Below are positions 47,586-57,819 of a stretch of 64,000 nucleotides of DNA, one piece after another. The notes under the pieces are model-generated. The model ran no database searches. It saw nothing but the letters and a program-made list of their open reading frames with translations, and was not told the DNA's origin. Positions within the stretch are counted from its first letter, which is position 1. Every line of letters starts with the position of its first letter. The stretch is from Myxococcota bacterium. GTDB lineage: Bacteria > Myxococcota_A > UBA9160 > UBA6930. The stretch lies in assembly GCA_965223415.1 (NCBI GenBank), contig OZ245002.1, positions 288,001 to 352,000 on the forward strand. The letters run 5' to 3'. A program made the translations under genes and the position numbers.

Positions 47586-48897
47586 TCACATCCTCGATGG
47601 CTTGCTCGAGGACGGTGGCCATCTCGTCGACGTGGGCTCCGGTGAGAGTGAAGGGCGGGCCGAAGCAGGCGACGTCGCGGGCCGGGTCGCTGCCGCCCGG
47701 GTAGAAGAAGACGCCGCGGGCGAGGCCGGCGGCCACCACCTTGCCGATGAAGCGGTTCTCCGCGGGGAAGGGCTCGAGGCTCTCGCGGTCCTTCACCAGC
47801 TCGACGGCGCGCATCAGGCCGAGGCCGCGGGTGTGGGCGACGTGGGGATGGCCCTCGAGGTGGGCCAGGCGCTTGCCGAGCTCCTCGCCGAGGCTGGCGG
47901 CGCGCTCGACCAGCCGCTCCCGGTCGAGGATCTCGAGCACCTTCTCCGCCACCGCGCAGGCCATGGGATGGGCGCTGTAGGTGAAGAACGTGAGCTCGTC
48001 ACCGGCCTCGGCGATGGGCGCCACGACCGCCTCCTTCGCGAAGACGGCACCGATCGGGGCATAGCCGCCGGCGAGCCCCTTCCCTCCGACGAGCACGTCG
48101 GGCACCACGTCCCAGTGGTCGACGGCGAAGCGCCGGCCCGTGCGACCGAAGCCGCACATCACCTCGTCGGCGATCAGCAGGATGCCGTAGTGATCGCAGA
48201 TCTCCCGCAGCCGCGGCCAGTAGTCCGCCGGCGGCACGACCGCACCCAGGGTGGAGCCGCCGACCGGCTCGGCGATGAAGGCCGCCACCGTCTCCGGCCC
48301 TTCCCTCTCGATCACCTCCGCCAAGCCGTCGGCACCGTGCTGGGGGCCGACCACGTCGTCGCAAAGCCCGGGCCTGCGAAGCGGATACCACGCCGGGATC
48401 TTCGGATGGTCCACGAACAAGGGGGCGAAGCCCTCGCGCCGCTTCTCGTGCCCGCCGACGCCGAGGGTCGCGAGGGTGGTGCCATGATAAGCGCGGTGTC
48501 GCCCGATCACCTTCCAGCGCTCCGGCTGCCCCGCGGACACGAAGTGCTGCCGCGCCAGACGCAGCGCCGAGTCCACCGCTTCGCTACCGCCGCTCGTGAA
48601 GACGCAGCGGGTGATGCCCGGCGGCAGCCAGTCCCGCTTCAGGCGCTCCACCAGGGCGACCCGCTCCTCGGTGGCGAAGGGCGGCACCACGTAGGTGGTG
48701 CGGGCCACGGTCTCGGCCGCCGCCTCGGCGATCTCCCGGCGGCCGTGCCCCACGTTGGCGATGATCGCGCCGCCTCCTGCGTCGAGGACCCGCCGGCCGC
48801 CGGCCATCACCCAGTGCACGCCCTCGGTGCGCTCGATCACGGCCGCGCCACGGCCGGCTCCCAGGAACGGATAGTGGGCGACGCGCTCTGCATCCAT
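47566..48897 (-). CDS. Class III PLP-dependent aminotransferase
   Basis: SGGSEA, YHGTT, FIAEPV, LIADEVMCGFGRTG, GKGLAGGY. Confidence 0.92.
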   Translation of the reverse strand: MDAERVAHYPFLGAGRGAAVIERTEGVHWVMAGGRRVLDAGGGAIIANVGHGRREIAEAAAETVARTTYVVPPFATEERVALVERLKRDWLPPGITRCVFTSGGSEAVDSALRLARQHFVSAGQPERWKVIGRHRAYHGTTLATLGVGGHEKRREGFAPLFVDHPKIPAWYPLRRPGLCDDVVGPQHGADGLAEVIEREGPETVAAFIAEPVGGSTLGAVVPPADYWPRLREICDHYGILLIADEVMCGFGRTGRRFAVDHWDVVPDVLVGGKGLAGGYAPIGAVFAKEAVVAPIAEAGDELTFFTYSAHPMACAVAEKVLEILDRERLVERAASLGEELGKRLAHLEGHPHVAHTRGLGLMRAVELVKDRESLEPFPAENRFIGKVVAAGLARGVFFYPGGSDPARDVACFGPPFTLTGAHVDEMATVLEQAIEDVKKRGQR

Positions 48898-48955
48898 CCC
48901 CCAAGGATGGACCGGAACGCGCAGGACCGCGAGCCGCAGGCGCTAGGCTCGCCCC

Positions 48956-49402
48956 ATGCGCACCCCCCGTCTCCCGACCGCGGTTCCCCTGTTGCTCGTG
49001 CTGGGCTGCGGCCCGATCGGCCCGCTCCCCGGCGGTGCGCTCTCCGGGACCCCGACACCCGCGCCGCCGGACTGGCACTTCACCGACGCCGTCGAGACGG
49101 TGCAGATCGAGACCCGCCCGGGCGACCCCTACTCGGTGAACGTCTGGGGGATCGCCCACGAGAGGGCCTTCTTCGTTGCGGCGGGGGGCGGTGCCGAATC
49201 GACCTGGGTGACCCACCTGGAGGCCGATCCCCGCCTGCGGCTCCGGGTCGAGGGCCGGCTGTTCGAGCTGCACGCGGTGCGCGTGGACGAGGCCGCGACC
49301 CGTGCCGCCGTGCTCCAGGCGCTGACCGACAAGTACGACTTCCAGCCGGACCCGGCCGACGCAGCGAGCGCCCTGCTCTACCGGCTCGATCCGCGGCCGT
49401 GA
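48956..49402 (+). CDS. Hypothetical lipoprotein, paralog of 5639..6154
   Basis: Lipobox VLGC; GP..PGG, PDWHF, DPRLRLR, KY, LYRLDPR. Confidence 0.7.
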   Translation: MRTPRLPTAVPLLLVLGCGPIGPLPGGALSGTPTPAPPDWHFTDAVETVQIETRPGDPYSVNVWGIAHERAFFVAAGGGAESTWVTHLEADPRLRLRVEGRLFELHAVRVDEAATRAAVLQALTDKYDFQPDPADAASALLYRLDPRP

Positions 49403-49441
49403 GCCGCGCGGCGCCCGGCCCGGCCGGGCGCCGCCGATCCC

Positions 49442-52400
49442 TCACGCGCCGCCGGCGCGGCTGCGCTCCTCCTCGGGCATCGGCACCACGACCGGCGCGA
49501 GCCGCCGCCCTTCGTCGTCGGCGGCTCGTCCCGGGAGGCCGCCGGCGACCCCGCCGCCCCGCAGCCCCGCCAGGTCCTGCAGGATGAGGTAGCTGCAAGG
49601 CAGCACGAAGAGCGAAATGGCCGTCGCGAAGATCACGCCGAATCCGAGGGACGCCGCCATCGGGATGAGGAACTGGGCTCCCATGCTCCGCTCGAGCAGG
49701 AGCGGCGAGAGGCCCGCGAAGGTCGTGACCGAGGTCAGCACGATCGGCCGGAAGCGGGCGACCCCGGCGGCGCGCACCGCCTCCTCCAGCTCCATTCCCG
49801 CGGCGCGCCGGCCGTTGATGTAGTGAACGAGCACCAGGCTCGAATTCACCACGACGCCGGACAGGGCGACGACGCCGAACACGGACATCATGCTGAACTG
49901 CAGGCCCAGCAGCAGATGGCCCGCGATCGCGCCGACCAGGCCGAAGGGGATCACGGACATGATGATGAGCGGCTGGGCGTAGGAGCGAAGCGGCACCGCG
50001 AGCAGTGCGTAGATCAGGATCAGCGCGAACCCGAAGTTCTTGAGGAGCGCGATCAGCGTCTTCTGCTGCTCGCGCTGCTCGCCCTCGAACGAATAGGAGA
50101 GGCCCGGGTTCGCCGCGACGAGCTGGGGCAGGAACTCGTCCTGGAGGCCGCGGCGGATCTGGTTGGCGTTGGCCTTCTTCGCGTCCACCTCGGCCACCAC
50201 GTCGATCACCCGCTGGCGGTCGGCCCGCTTGATGGTCGCGTAGCCGCGGCCGCGGTCCGCCTCGGCGACCGCGTAGAAGGGCACCTCGCCTCCCTCTGGC
50301 GTGCGAATGCGGAGCTCGTCCAGGTCGCCCAGCGAACGGCGCTCGTCCCGCGGGTAGCGGACCATCACCTTCACGTCGTCGCGACCGCGCTGGATGCGCT
50401 GGGCCTCCTCGCCGTAGAAGGCCTGACGAACCTGGCGCGCCAGGTCCCGCAGCGAGAGCCCGAGTGCTTCAGCGGAGGGAAGGATCTTGAGCTTCAGCTC
50501 TTCCTTGCCGTCGCGCCAGGAGTCGCTGATGTCGTAGACGCCCGACGTTCCGGCGAGGCGCGCCTTCACCGCGTCTCCCGCCCGGCGCAGCTGCTCCACG
50601 TCCGCCGACTTCAGCTCGACGAAGATGGGCGCCCCCGCGTTCAGGTAGTCGGCGCTGAAGGAGAGCTCCTCGGCGCCGGGGATCGGCGCGGTCGCCTCCC
50701 GCCAGCGGTCGCGCACCCACTTGGCGGAGAAGCCGACGGGTCGGTCGTCGCCCCCGACCAGCTCGACCACGACGCCGCCCAGGTGGGTGCCCCCCGGACC
50801 GCCCGGACGTGGCGGCCCGCCGCCGGTCACCGGGTGCTCGCCGATCGCCGCCAGGCGGTGCTTGATCAGGGAACGGCCGTCGGGGGTGCGGAACTCGCCG
50901 TCGAGCTGCTCCTGCATGCGCAGCGCACTGTCCTCGAGCTGCTGGACGGCCCGGCGGGTGACATCGGCCGGCGTGCCCAGCGGAAGGGTCACGCTGGCGC
51001 TCACGTAGTCGCTCTCGATCGCGGGGAAGAAGGCGAAGGAGAGCCAGCCGCTCGCCATGGCACCGAAGGTGAGCATCAGCAGTGCGACGGCGGCGGACAC
51101 GGCGGCGTAGCGCCACTCGAGCGCCTTCGCGAGCGCCGGGCGGTAGCCCCGGTTCGCCAGCCGGGTGAGGCTTCCGGCGAGGAAGCCCTGGAGCCGCTTC
51201 CAGCGGGCCTGGATCGAGCCCTGCGGCGGCGCCTGCTTCTCCTTGATCGCCGCGTGGTGGCCCAGGTGCGCGGGAAGGATCAGCTGGGACTCGATCAGCG
51301 AGAACACGAGGCACAGGCCGACCACCTTGGCGATGGCGCCGAAGAAGTCCCGCATGAAGCCCGGCGAGAGCGCCATCGGCACGAACGCACAGATCGTGGT
51401 CAGCACGCCGAAGATCACCGGCACCGAGACCTCCTGGGTTCCGCTGATCGCGGCGCGCAACGGCGCCTCGGCGCGCTCCTGGTGGGTGTGGACGTTCTCG
51501 CCGACGACGATCGCGTCGTCGACCAGCAGGCCGAGCACGAGGATGAAGGCGAAGAGCGTGAGCACGTCGATCGAGAGGCTGGCCGTCGGGAAGAGCGCGA
51601 GGGCGCCCAGGAACGAGATGGGGATGCCGAGCGCGACCCAGAGGGCCAGGCGCAGGCGCAGGAAGAGGGCCAGCACGGTGAACACGAGGAAGAAGCCGGT
51701 GAGGCCGTTGTTCACCAGGATGCCGAGCCGGTCCCGCAGGTAGTTCGCCTGGTTCTGCCAGACGGTGAGGCGGAGGCCCTCGGGAAGCCGGGCCTCGGAC
51801 GCGGCCACGTAGCCGAGAACGGTGCTCGCCAGCTCGAGCACGCGCTGGTCGCCGACCCGGTAGACCCGGATCATCACCGAAGGCTCGCCGTTGAAGCGCG
51901 CGCTGCGCTCGTCCTCGACGAAGCCGTCCACCACCTGCGCCACCTCGCCGAGCAGGAGGCGGGTCCCGTCCGGGCGGGTCAGCAGGACGAGGCGCTGGAA
52001 ATCCTCGCCCCGGTAGGCCTGGCCCTTGGCGCGCAGCAGGATCTCGCCGCTACCGGTGCGGATCGAGCCTCCGGGCAGGTCGAGGGAGGAGCGCCGCACT
52101 GCCGCCACCACCTGGTCGAAGGTCAGCCCGTGGCGGCGCAGGGCGTGCTCGGGAACCTCGATCGAGAGCTCGTAGTCCCGCGCGCCCGAGAGCTCCACCT
52201 GGGTCACGCCGGGGAGCGCCGCGATCTCGTCGCGAATGTGCTCGCCCCACACGCGGAGGGCGCGCTCGCTGGCTTCGCCGGAAACGACGAGCTGCATCAC
52301 GTTGCGCCGCATGGAGAAGTGGTTGATGACCGGCTTCTCCGTCTCGGCGGGGAAGGTGCTGATGCCGTCGACCGCGTTCTTGATCTCGGCCAGGGCCCGG

Positions 52401-52708
52401 TCGACCGGATAGCCGTCGAGCAGCTCGGCGGTCACCCCGCAGGCACCCTCGGCCGCGCTCGAGGTGATGCGCTCCACGCCCTCGATGCCGTGGATCTCCT
52501 CCTCGATGCGGATGCAGACGCCCTCTTCCACTTCCTCCGGCGCCGCCCCCAGGTAGGGCACGGCCACCTGGATGATCTCGATGTTGATGTCCGGGAAGGT
52601 CTTCTGCTGGATCACGGGGATGGCGGCCAGGCCGCCGGCCACGCACAGGACCATCACGAGGTTGGCGGCGACCGCGTTCTCCGCGAACCATGCGATGATG
52701 CGGCTCAC
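49442..52708 (-). CDS. RND efflux transporter permease (AcrB/AcrD/AcrF family)
   Basis: 1088 aa; GA.PEEVE, LGLLVDDAIVVGEN, RFRPIVLTS. Confidence 0.93.
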   Translation of the reverse strand: MSRIIAWFAENAVAANLVMVLCVAGGLAAIPVIQQKTFPDINIEIIQVAVPYLGAAPEEVEEGVCIRIEEEIHGIEGVERITSSAAEGACGVTAELLDGYPVDRALAEIKNAVDGISTFPAETEKPVINHFSMRRNVMQLVVSGEASERALRVWGEHIRDEIAALPGVTQVELSGARDYELSIEVPEHALRRHGLTFDQVVAAVRRSSLDLPGGSIRTGSGEILLRAKGQAYRGEDFQRLVLLTRPDGTRLLLGEVAQVVDGFVEDERSARFNGEPSVMIRVYRVGDQRVLELASTVLGYVAASEARLPEGLRLTVWQNQANYLRDRLGILVNNGLTGFFLVFTVLALFLRLRLALWVALGIPISFLGALALFPTASLSIDVLTLFAFILVLGLLVDDAIVVGENVHTHQERAEAPLRAAISGTQEVSVPVIFGVLTTICAFVPMALSPGFMRDFFGAIAKVVGLCLVFSLIESQLILPAHLGHHAAIKEKQAPPQGSIQARWKRLQGFLAGSLTRLANRGYRPALAKALEWRYAAVSAAVALLMLTFGAMASGWLSFAFFPAIESDYVSASVTLPLGTPADVTRRAVQQLEDSALRMQEQLDGEFRTPDGRSLIKHRLAAIGEHPVTGGGPPRPGGPGGTHLGGVVVELVGGDDRPVGFSAKWVRDRWREATAPIPGAEELSFSADYLNAGAPIFVELKSADVEQLRRAGDAVKARLAGTSGVYDISDSWRDGKEELKLKILPSAEALGLSLRDLARQVRQAFYGEEAQRIQRGRDDVKVMVRYPRDERRSLGDLDELRIRTPEGGEVPFYAVAEADRGRGYATIKRADRQRVIDVVAEVDAKKANANQIRRGLQDEFLPQLVAANPGLSYSFEGEQREQQKTLIALLKNFGFALILIYALLAVPLRSYAQPLIIMSVIPFGLVGAIAGHLLLGLQFSMMSVFGVVALSGVVVNSSLVLVHYINGRRAAGMELEEAVRAAGVARFRPIVLTSVTTFAGLSPLLLERSMGAQFLIPMAASLGFGVIFATAISLFVLPCSYLILQDLAGLRGGGVAGGLPGRAADDEGRRLAPVVVPMPEEERSRAGGA

Positions 52709-52742
52709 GGTCGGCCCCCAGCGCCGGCGCGCAGACCGCGGT

Positions 52743-53960
52743 TCACAGCCCGGCCCTCTCGGTGCCGGCGCCGGCCGGATCGCGGGCGACGCGCACCTTC
52801 ATGCCGTCGATGGCGCCGGGCAGCGGCGTCACACAGACGGTCTCGCCGGCCTCGAGGCCGGCGCCGATCACGACCTGGTCGCGCTCGAGCCGGAGCACGT
52901 CGACCGGGCGAACCTGGAGCGTGCCCTCGCCGTCGAGCACGAGCACGGCGCGATCCTCGTGGAGGGCGCCACGGGGCAGGACGAAGGCGTCGGGCACCTC
53001 GCGCCCGGCGATCTCTGCCCGGACGAAGAGGCCCACGGCCAGGGGCGGCCGCTCGGCCCGGGCGCCGGCCGCGTAGGGATCCTCCACCCGCGCCACGAGG
53101 GTGACCATGCGGCTCTTCGGATCGATCTCCCCCTCGGTGCGCACGATGCGCCCCCGCCACTCGTGGGCCCGCCCGGCGAACTCGGCCGAGAGCTTCACCG
53201 CCGGCCCCTCCTCGCCCGGTGCGCCGCCCGGCTCGCCGTTGGGCCGCGGCCGATACGTGAGGGGCAGGTCGAGGTAGCGCAGCTCGCGGTCGGGCACGGG
53301 CAGCCGGACCTCGGCCCAGTCCACCGCGTAGAGCTTGGCGATCGGCGTCCCCCGGCTCACGAACTGACCGACGTCGACCGCCTCGCTGCGCACGCGGCCG
53401 GCGTAGGACGCGTGGATCTCGGTGCGCGCCAGGTCCCGCTCCGCATTCTCGAGACGCACCCGCGCCTCGCGGAGGGTGGCCTCGGCGACCCGGTAGGCGT
53501 TCTCGGCGTCATCGATTCGCGCCTCGCTGGTGACGCCCTGCTCCTGGAGCCGACGTTGCCGGTCGCGTTCCTTGTGCGCGCGGGCCTCCTCGCTGCGAGC
53601 CCGAGCACGGGCGGCGCGAGCGCTCTCGACGGCCGCCCGGAAGTCCGCCGGGTCGAGCCGGACCAGCACCTCTCCCTGTTCGAAGAACCCCCCGGAGACG
53701 AGCGAGGGCGAGACCCACACCACCTCGCCCGCGACCTGCGGAATCAGATCGCTCTCGGTGCGAGGCACGACGGTGCCCTGGGCGCGCACGACGAAGCCGA
53801 AGGGCTCGGGCTTCGCGGTGACGACGTGGACGAGGGGCGCCAGCACCTCGGGCACCTGGGGCTCCGGGTCGTCCCGGGTGGCCAGCTGCAGGACGACCCC
53901 GAGCGCACCGAGGCCGAGGATGCCGACGGGGAGGAGCTTCTTCTTCGTGGCGGTGTTCAT
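52743..53960 (-). CDS. RND periplasmic adaptor (membrane fusion protein)
   Basis: N-terminal TM, QVAGEV, coiled-coil hairpin, L.RTEI.A.YAGRV, GLEAGE. Confidence 0.9.
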   Translation of the reverse strand: MNTATKKKLLPVGILGLGALGVVLQLATRDDPEPQVPEVLAPLVHVVTAKPEPFGFVVRAQGTVVPRTESDLIPQVAGEVVWVSPSLVSGGFFEQGEVLVRLDPADFRAAVESARAARARARSEEARAHKERDRQRRLQEQGVTSEARIDDAENAYRVAEATLREARVRLENAERDLARTEIHASYAGRVRSEAVDVGQFVSRGTPIAKLYAVDWAEVRLPVPDRELRYLDLPLTYRPRPNGEPGGAPGEEGPAVKLSAEFAGRAHEWRGRIVRTEGEIDPKSRMVTLVARVEDPYAAGARAERPPLAVGLFVRAEIAGREVPDAFVLPRGALHEDRAVLVLDGEGTLQVRPVDVLRLERDQVVIGAGLEAGETVCVTPLPGAIDGMKVRVARDPAGAGTERAGL

Positions 53961-54643
53961 GACGAGCCCTCGCGCGCCGCGGCCGCAACGCCGCCGGCGG
54001 CGTAGCGGACGATCGTCGCCTGCAGGGCCTCGGCATCCGACGTCGAGAGCGGACCCACCTGCCCGTTCAGGGTGTGCACCAGCACGCCGACGCAGAGCTG
54101 GAGCAGCATGCGCGCCCGCTCGGGCTCGACCTCGGGCAGCGCCCGGACCAGGGCCGCGCAGAAGCGCTCGTTCACGGGACCGAAGAGCTCGCCCCGCAAC
54201 GCGGCGACGATCTCCGGCGGATCGATCCAGAGCCGCGTGACCACGTGTCGCAGCCAATCCCGATCGCGGTCCGAGACCTGGGCCGCCCGCTCGAAGGCGG
54301 GGCGGACGAAGGCGTCGAGCACCTGCTCGGCGGTCGGCGAGCCGGGCCGCGCATCGAGGGCATCGAGGAGCTCGAGCCTGCGGCGGTTGATGGGCTCGAC
54401 CCTCCGGCGCAGGGTGGCGCCGAGCAGCTCCAGCTTCGAGCCGAAGTGGTAGTTGGCGGCGGAGACGGCGGCGCCGGCGGCCTGGGTCACCGCCCGCATC
54501 GAGGTGCCCTCGAAGCCCCGCTCGGCGAACAGGCGCTCGGCGGCGTCCAGGAGCCGCTCCTTGGTGTCCGCGGCCCCGGCGGGCGGCCAATCGGAGCCCC
54601 GCTCGGAGGCGGAAGGGGCATTCGGGGCGGCGGATTCGCGCAC
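53957..54643 (-). CDS. TetR-family regulator (PsrA-like)
   Basis: TKERLLDAAERLFAERGF..TSMRAVT..AG...ANYHFGSK; ATGA overlap with the adaptor gene; start uncertain. Confidence 0.88.
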   Translation of the reverse strand: MRESAAPNAPSASERGSDWPPAGAADTKERLLDAAERLFAERGFEGTSMRAVTQAAGAAVSAANYHFGSKLELLGATLRRRVEPINRRRLELLDALDARPGSPTAEQVLDAFVRPAFERAAQVSDRDRDWLRHVVTRLWIDPPEIVAALRGELFGPVNERFCAALVRALPEVEPERARMLLQLCVGVLVHTLNGQVGPLSTSDAEALQATIVRYAAGGVAAAAREGSS

Positions 54644-54684
54644 GTCTGACCTCGGTGGGAGAAGCGTTCGGACGTGGGCGCGCT

Positions 54685-54711
54685 CGAACAGTCGTTCCAA
54701 ACATACGTTCG
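54685..54711. promoter_or_regulatory. Tandem PsrA-box-like operators
   Basis: CGAAC-AGTC-GTTCC and CAAAC-ATAC-GTTCG just upstream of the TetR gene. Confidence 0.55.
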
Positions 54712-54788
54712 AAACCCGATGGCGTCAACGGCGCCCATCCGAGGCCAAGAGTGCCCATCCGAGTCGGACGCGACCGGCTCCTCCCGAC

Positions 54789-55139
54789 TCAGCCGTGGAC
54801 CCAGACCGAGACCACGGCCAGGCCCCCGACGAGGCAGCCGAAGAATGCGAGCGCTCCCCCGCCCGCCCCCACGAGGCAGGGCGGCAGCACCCACTCCAGG
54901 TCGCCGGCGGGCAGCAGGCGGTGGTGGGCGAAGGGCTGGACCCACCAGCGCCGGGGCAGCCGTCCGGCCCGGAGCAGACAGGTCCGCAGCCGGACGTGGT
55001 AGACGAACGCGGCCGGCACCCCGATCGCCAGCCCCAGGACCGCGCAGAGCCCGGCCACCTGGATCAGCACGGTCCAGGGCACCCAGGCGAACGCCGCCAG
55101 AGCCCCGAGCAGGAGTGCGACGACGACGACCTCGAGCAC
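54789..55139 (-). CDS. Small membrane protein
   Basis: Three hydrophobic segments, YH..LR, WW.P. Confidence 0.6.
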   Translation of the reverse strand: MLEVVVVALLLGALAAFAWVPWTVLIQVAGLCAVLGLAIGVPAAFVYHVRLRTCLLRAGRLPRRWWVQPFAHHRLLPAGDLEWVLPPCLVGAGGGALAFFGCLVGGLAVVSVWVHG

Positions 55140-55252
55140 ACCCTCTGGATCGGCGGCGCTACGCGGGGACTGAAGCCGGGGCCCTGCGGAGCGCCGGGGC
55201 CACCAGCGGGGACGCTTCTGTCATACTGCCTCCGCGCCAGGAGCCTCACTGC

Positions 55253-56218
55253 ATGTCCGCCCCTCCGGAATCCCGCGGCTCCTTCGCCGGCGCCTGGCTG
55301 CGTCGCCTGGGCCCGTGGGTGCTGGCCGCGGCCATCCTCTACTGGATCTTCTCGCTGGTGCCGGTGGACAAGGCCTGGACCGCCGCTGCCGGCGCCGATC
55401 TGCGGCTCTTCGTGCCCGCCACCCTGGCGGCGGTGACCTACTGGTTCCTGCTCGAGTCCCGGGCCTTCGCGTACCTGTTCAGCCGCTTCAATGCTCCCTT
55501 GCCCTGGGGAGAGGCGCGGTCCCTGCGCGGCATGACCTATCTGCTCACGCCGATCAACTGGAACCTGGGCAATGCTGCGATGATCGTGCACCTTCGCGTC
55601 ACCAAGGGCGTGAGCGCCCTGGCGGCGACCAGCTCCCTGTTCTTCTACGCGAGCCTCGACACCGTGGTTCTGGCCAGCCTGGTGTTTGCCGGAGCCGTTG
55701 CCCTGCCCGCGACGCCGACCACGGAATCGATGATGCGGATCGCCGGCACCGTCGTCGCCACCCAGGTCCTCTTCCTGGCCGTCCTGGTCTCCGGGCGGCC
55801 CGCCTGGCGACCGCTCGCGTGGCTGCGGGAGCGGCGCATCTTCGCGAGCTTCACACGGGCACGGCCGCGGGACCTCGGCGTGCTGGCCTCGATCCGCAGT
55901 GCCTACTTCGCGGGCTTCATCGTCTTCTTCTGGCTCGGCGCCCGCGCCTTCCAGATCGACCTGCCCTTCGCCTTCGCTGCCGCCGTGACGCCCCTCGTGA
56001 TGGTGGCGGGCGCACTGCCGATCACGCCGGCGGGCCTGGGCACCCAGCAGGCGGCCATGCTCTTCTTCTTCGAAGCCTACGGGGACCAAGGCGCCGTGCT
56101 CGCCTTCGGCCTGGCCTTTCCCGCGGCGCTGATCCTCGCGCGCCTGCCCATCGGCTTCCTGTACGCGCGGGAGCTCGCGTCCTTCCGCCGGTTGATCGCA
56201 GGCAATGACGCGTCGTAG
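55253..56218 (+). CDS. Lysylphosphatidylglycerol synthase TM-region (flippase-like) membrane protein
   Basis: Multi-TM; LPITPAGLGTQQ motif. Confidence 0.8.
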   Translation: MSAPPESRGSFAGAWLRRLGPWVLAAAILYWIFSLVPVDKAWTAAAGADLRLFVPATLAAVTYWFLLESRAFAYLFSRFNAPLPWGEARSLRGMTYLLTPINWNLGNAAMIVHLRVTKGVSALAATSSLFFYASLDTVVLASLVFAGAVALPATPTTESMMRIAGTVVATQVLFLAVLVSGRPAWRPLAWLRERRIFASFTRARPRDLGVLASIRSAYFAGFIVFFWLGARAFQIDLPFAFAAAVTPLVMVAGALPITPAGLGTQQAAMLFFFEAYGDQGAVLAFGLAFPAALILARLPIGFLYARELASFRRLIAGNDAS

Positions 56219-56252
56219 CCGGGAAGAGAGGTCGCCCTCCGCCCAACGCCCC

Positions 56253-57773
56253 CTAGCCCATGCTTCGAATCGGCTGGAACCCAACCAGGGCGTCGCGATC
56301 TCCGCCGCTGCCGAGCCCGTGGCCCGGCAACACCTGATCGAATCGGCCCAGGTCGTCGTGGAGCGCCATGTAGTTCAGCACCACCGCCTCGGCCAGCAGG
56401 TCGACGTTGCTCGCGACGCGGGTCGCGCTCGTCTCGACCGAGCCGTTCGGGCGGTAGTAGCCGATCTGCTGGCGAGTCGGATCGGTGATCTGCGGGCGCC
56501 CGTTCGGGTCGTACACGAGCATGAACGTGGAGGCGGTCGACGAGTTGTCACCCCGCCAGCCGAACTTGCCGCGGCCGTCGCCGGAGTTGTCGATCTCGCC
56601 GTCGCCGTCCACGCTCCCGTCGCTGAACACGTAGAGCACCAGCGGCTGGGCGCGTCGGGCCGCGTACTCGAGCATCGCGCCCATCTGGACGCCGGCCTCG
56701 AAGTCGCGCACCTCGCCGGTGGCCCGGGTGCCGTCGTGGTAGTCGTAGCCTCCCGACTCGATCGTGGCGCAGCCGGCGAAGCCGTTCACCGTCAGCTTCA
56801 TGGCCGCAGCGGCCTTCCGGTTCTTCGAGGAGTTCAGCTCGTTATCGGTGAAGATGCTGTTGCCGGCACCCACGATGTCCACGTCCTGGGTCGGATCGAG
56901 GAGGTTCGGGTCTCCGTAGCGGCTCACCAGATCGGCGCTCTGGGTGTAGGCGCAGGAGATCAGGTCCTTCACCACCTGGTCCTCGGTCATCGTCTGCACG
57001 CGAAGGTTCGAGAGGCTCTCGATCGTGCCCATCACCGAAGCCGCGGCCTCCTCGTCGAGCAGGTCGACGAGCTTACCGGTGTCGACCAGGCCGCGGGCGT
57101 CGTCCTCGTCGGAGACCTTCGTCGGCCGCTTCGCCGGGTCGTACATCGACATCGGAGACTGGGAGCGGCCCCCGGAGTCGGAGCTCCGGGAGCCGATGAG
57201 GGTAACGAGGTCGCCGTCGGCTCCGGCCTTGTTGATGCCGAACATTGGATTGTGGGGATTGTTCCCCGTGTCGTTGTCCGAGCGCGCTGCGAAGACGACG
57301 CCGTTGACGTTGGCCCGGGTGGCCGCGGAGGTCTTCGACTGGATGCCGCGCAGGAACGGACTGTCCACGTGGAACAGCAGGCCGAGCTCGTTGTTCACCT
57401 GGGCCGGATCCGTCGGAAACATGCTCGAGGGAAGCCCCTGCTTCTCGTAGCCCTCCGGATCGAGGGGATCGAGCTGGCCGCCGGGCCCGCCAACGATCAC
57501 GTTCGAGCCGCTGGTGTTGGCGCCACCGCCCAGGTCCATGGTGATGAACGGGATCAGCCCGGCGCCGCCGGCGGCGATTCCGCACTCCGCCGCCGCCTGG
57601 GCAGCGGCCGGGCCGCTGCCCAGCAGGCCCAGCAGGCTCGGCGCCGCCGCGAAGGCGGCCCCGGCGATCAGACCCTGGCCGAGGAAGTCCCGGCGGGTCA
57701 CCAGCTTGTGGTCCGGCGGCCGCTGCAGCTCTCGGGCGCTCGTCTCGCCCCGGCGTGCCGTGGATTCGCTCAT
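56253..57773 (-). CDS. Tat-exported protein of unknown function (DUF1501/DUF1552-like)
   Basis: VTRRDFLGQG twin-arginine signal + hydrophobic core + AAA; DLGGGAN, GGYDYH, FSDGS motifs. Confidence 0.75.
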   Translation of the reverse strand: MSESTARRGETSARELQRPPDHKLVTRRDFLGQGLIAGAAFAAAPSLLGLLGSGPAAAQAAAECGIAAGGAGLIPFITMDLGGGANTSGSNVIVGGPGGQLDPLDPEGYEKQGLPSSMFPTDPAQVNNELGLLFHVDSPFLRGIQSKTSAATRANVNGVVFAARSDNDTGNNPHNPMFGINKAGADGDLVTLIGSRSSDSGGRSQSPMSMYDPAKRPTKVSDEDDARGLVDTGKLVDLLDEEAAASVMGTIESLSNLRVQTMTEDQVVKDLISCAYTQSADLVSRYGDPNLLDPTQDVDIVGAGNSIFTDNELNSSKNRKAAAAMKLTVNGFAGCATIESGGYDYHDGTRATGEVRDFEAGVQMGAMLEYAARRAQPLVLYVFSDGSVDGDGEIDNSGDGRGKFGWRGDNSSTASTFMLVYDPNGRPQITDPTRQQIGYYRPNGSVETSATRVASNVDLLAEAVVLNYMALHDDLGRFDQVLPGHGLGSGGDRDALVGFQPIRSMG

Positions 57774-57819
57774 GTTCCCATCTCCCGTCCCCTCGAGGTT
57801 TCGCTTCGGTTCTCCGTGC

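Noticed and set aside
49823..53104. 1093-aa plus-strand ORF and similar long Arg/Pro/Gly-rich ORFs throughout
   Set aside because: Shadow or alternative frames of clearly identifiable genes in high-GC DNA.
56253..57773. Type II secretion GspF assignment
   Set aside because: No multi-TM GspF architecture; the protein has a Tat signal and a soluble body, and no T2SS genes are nearby.
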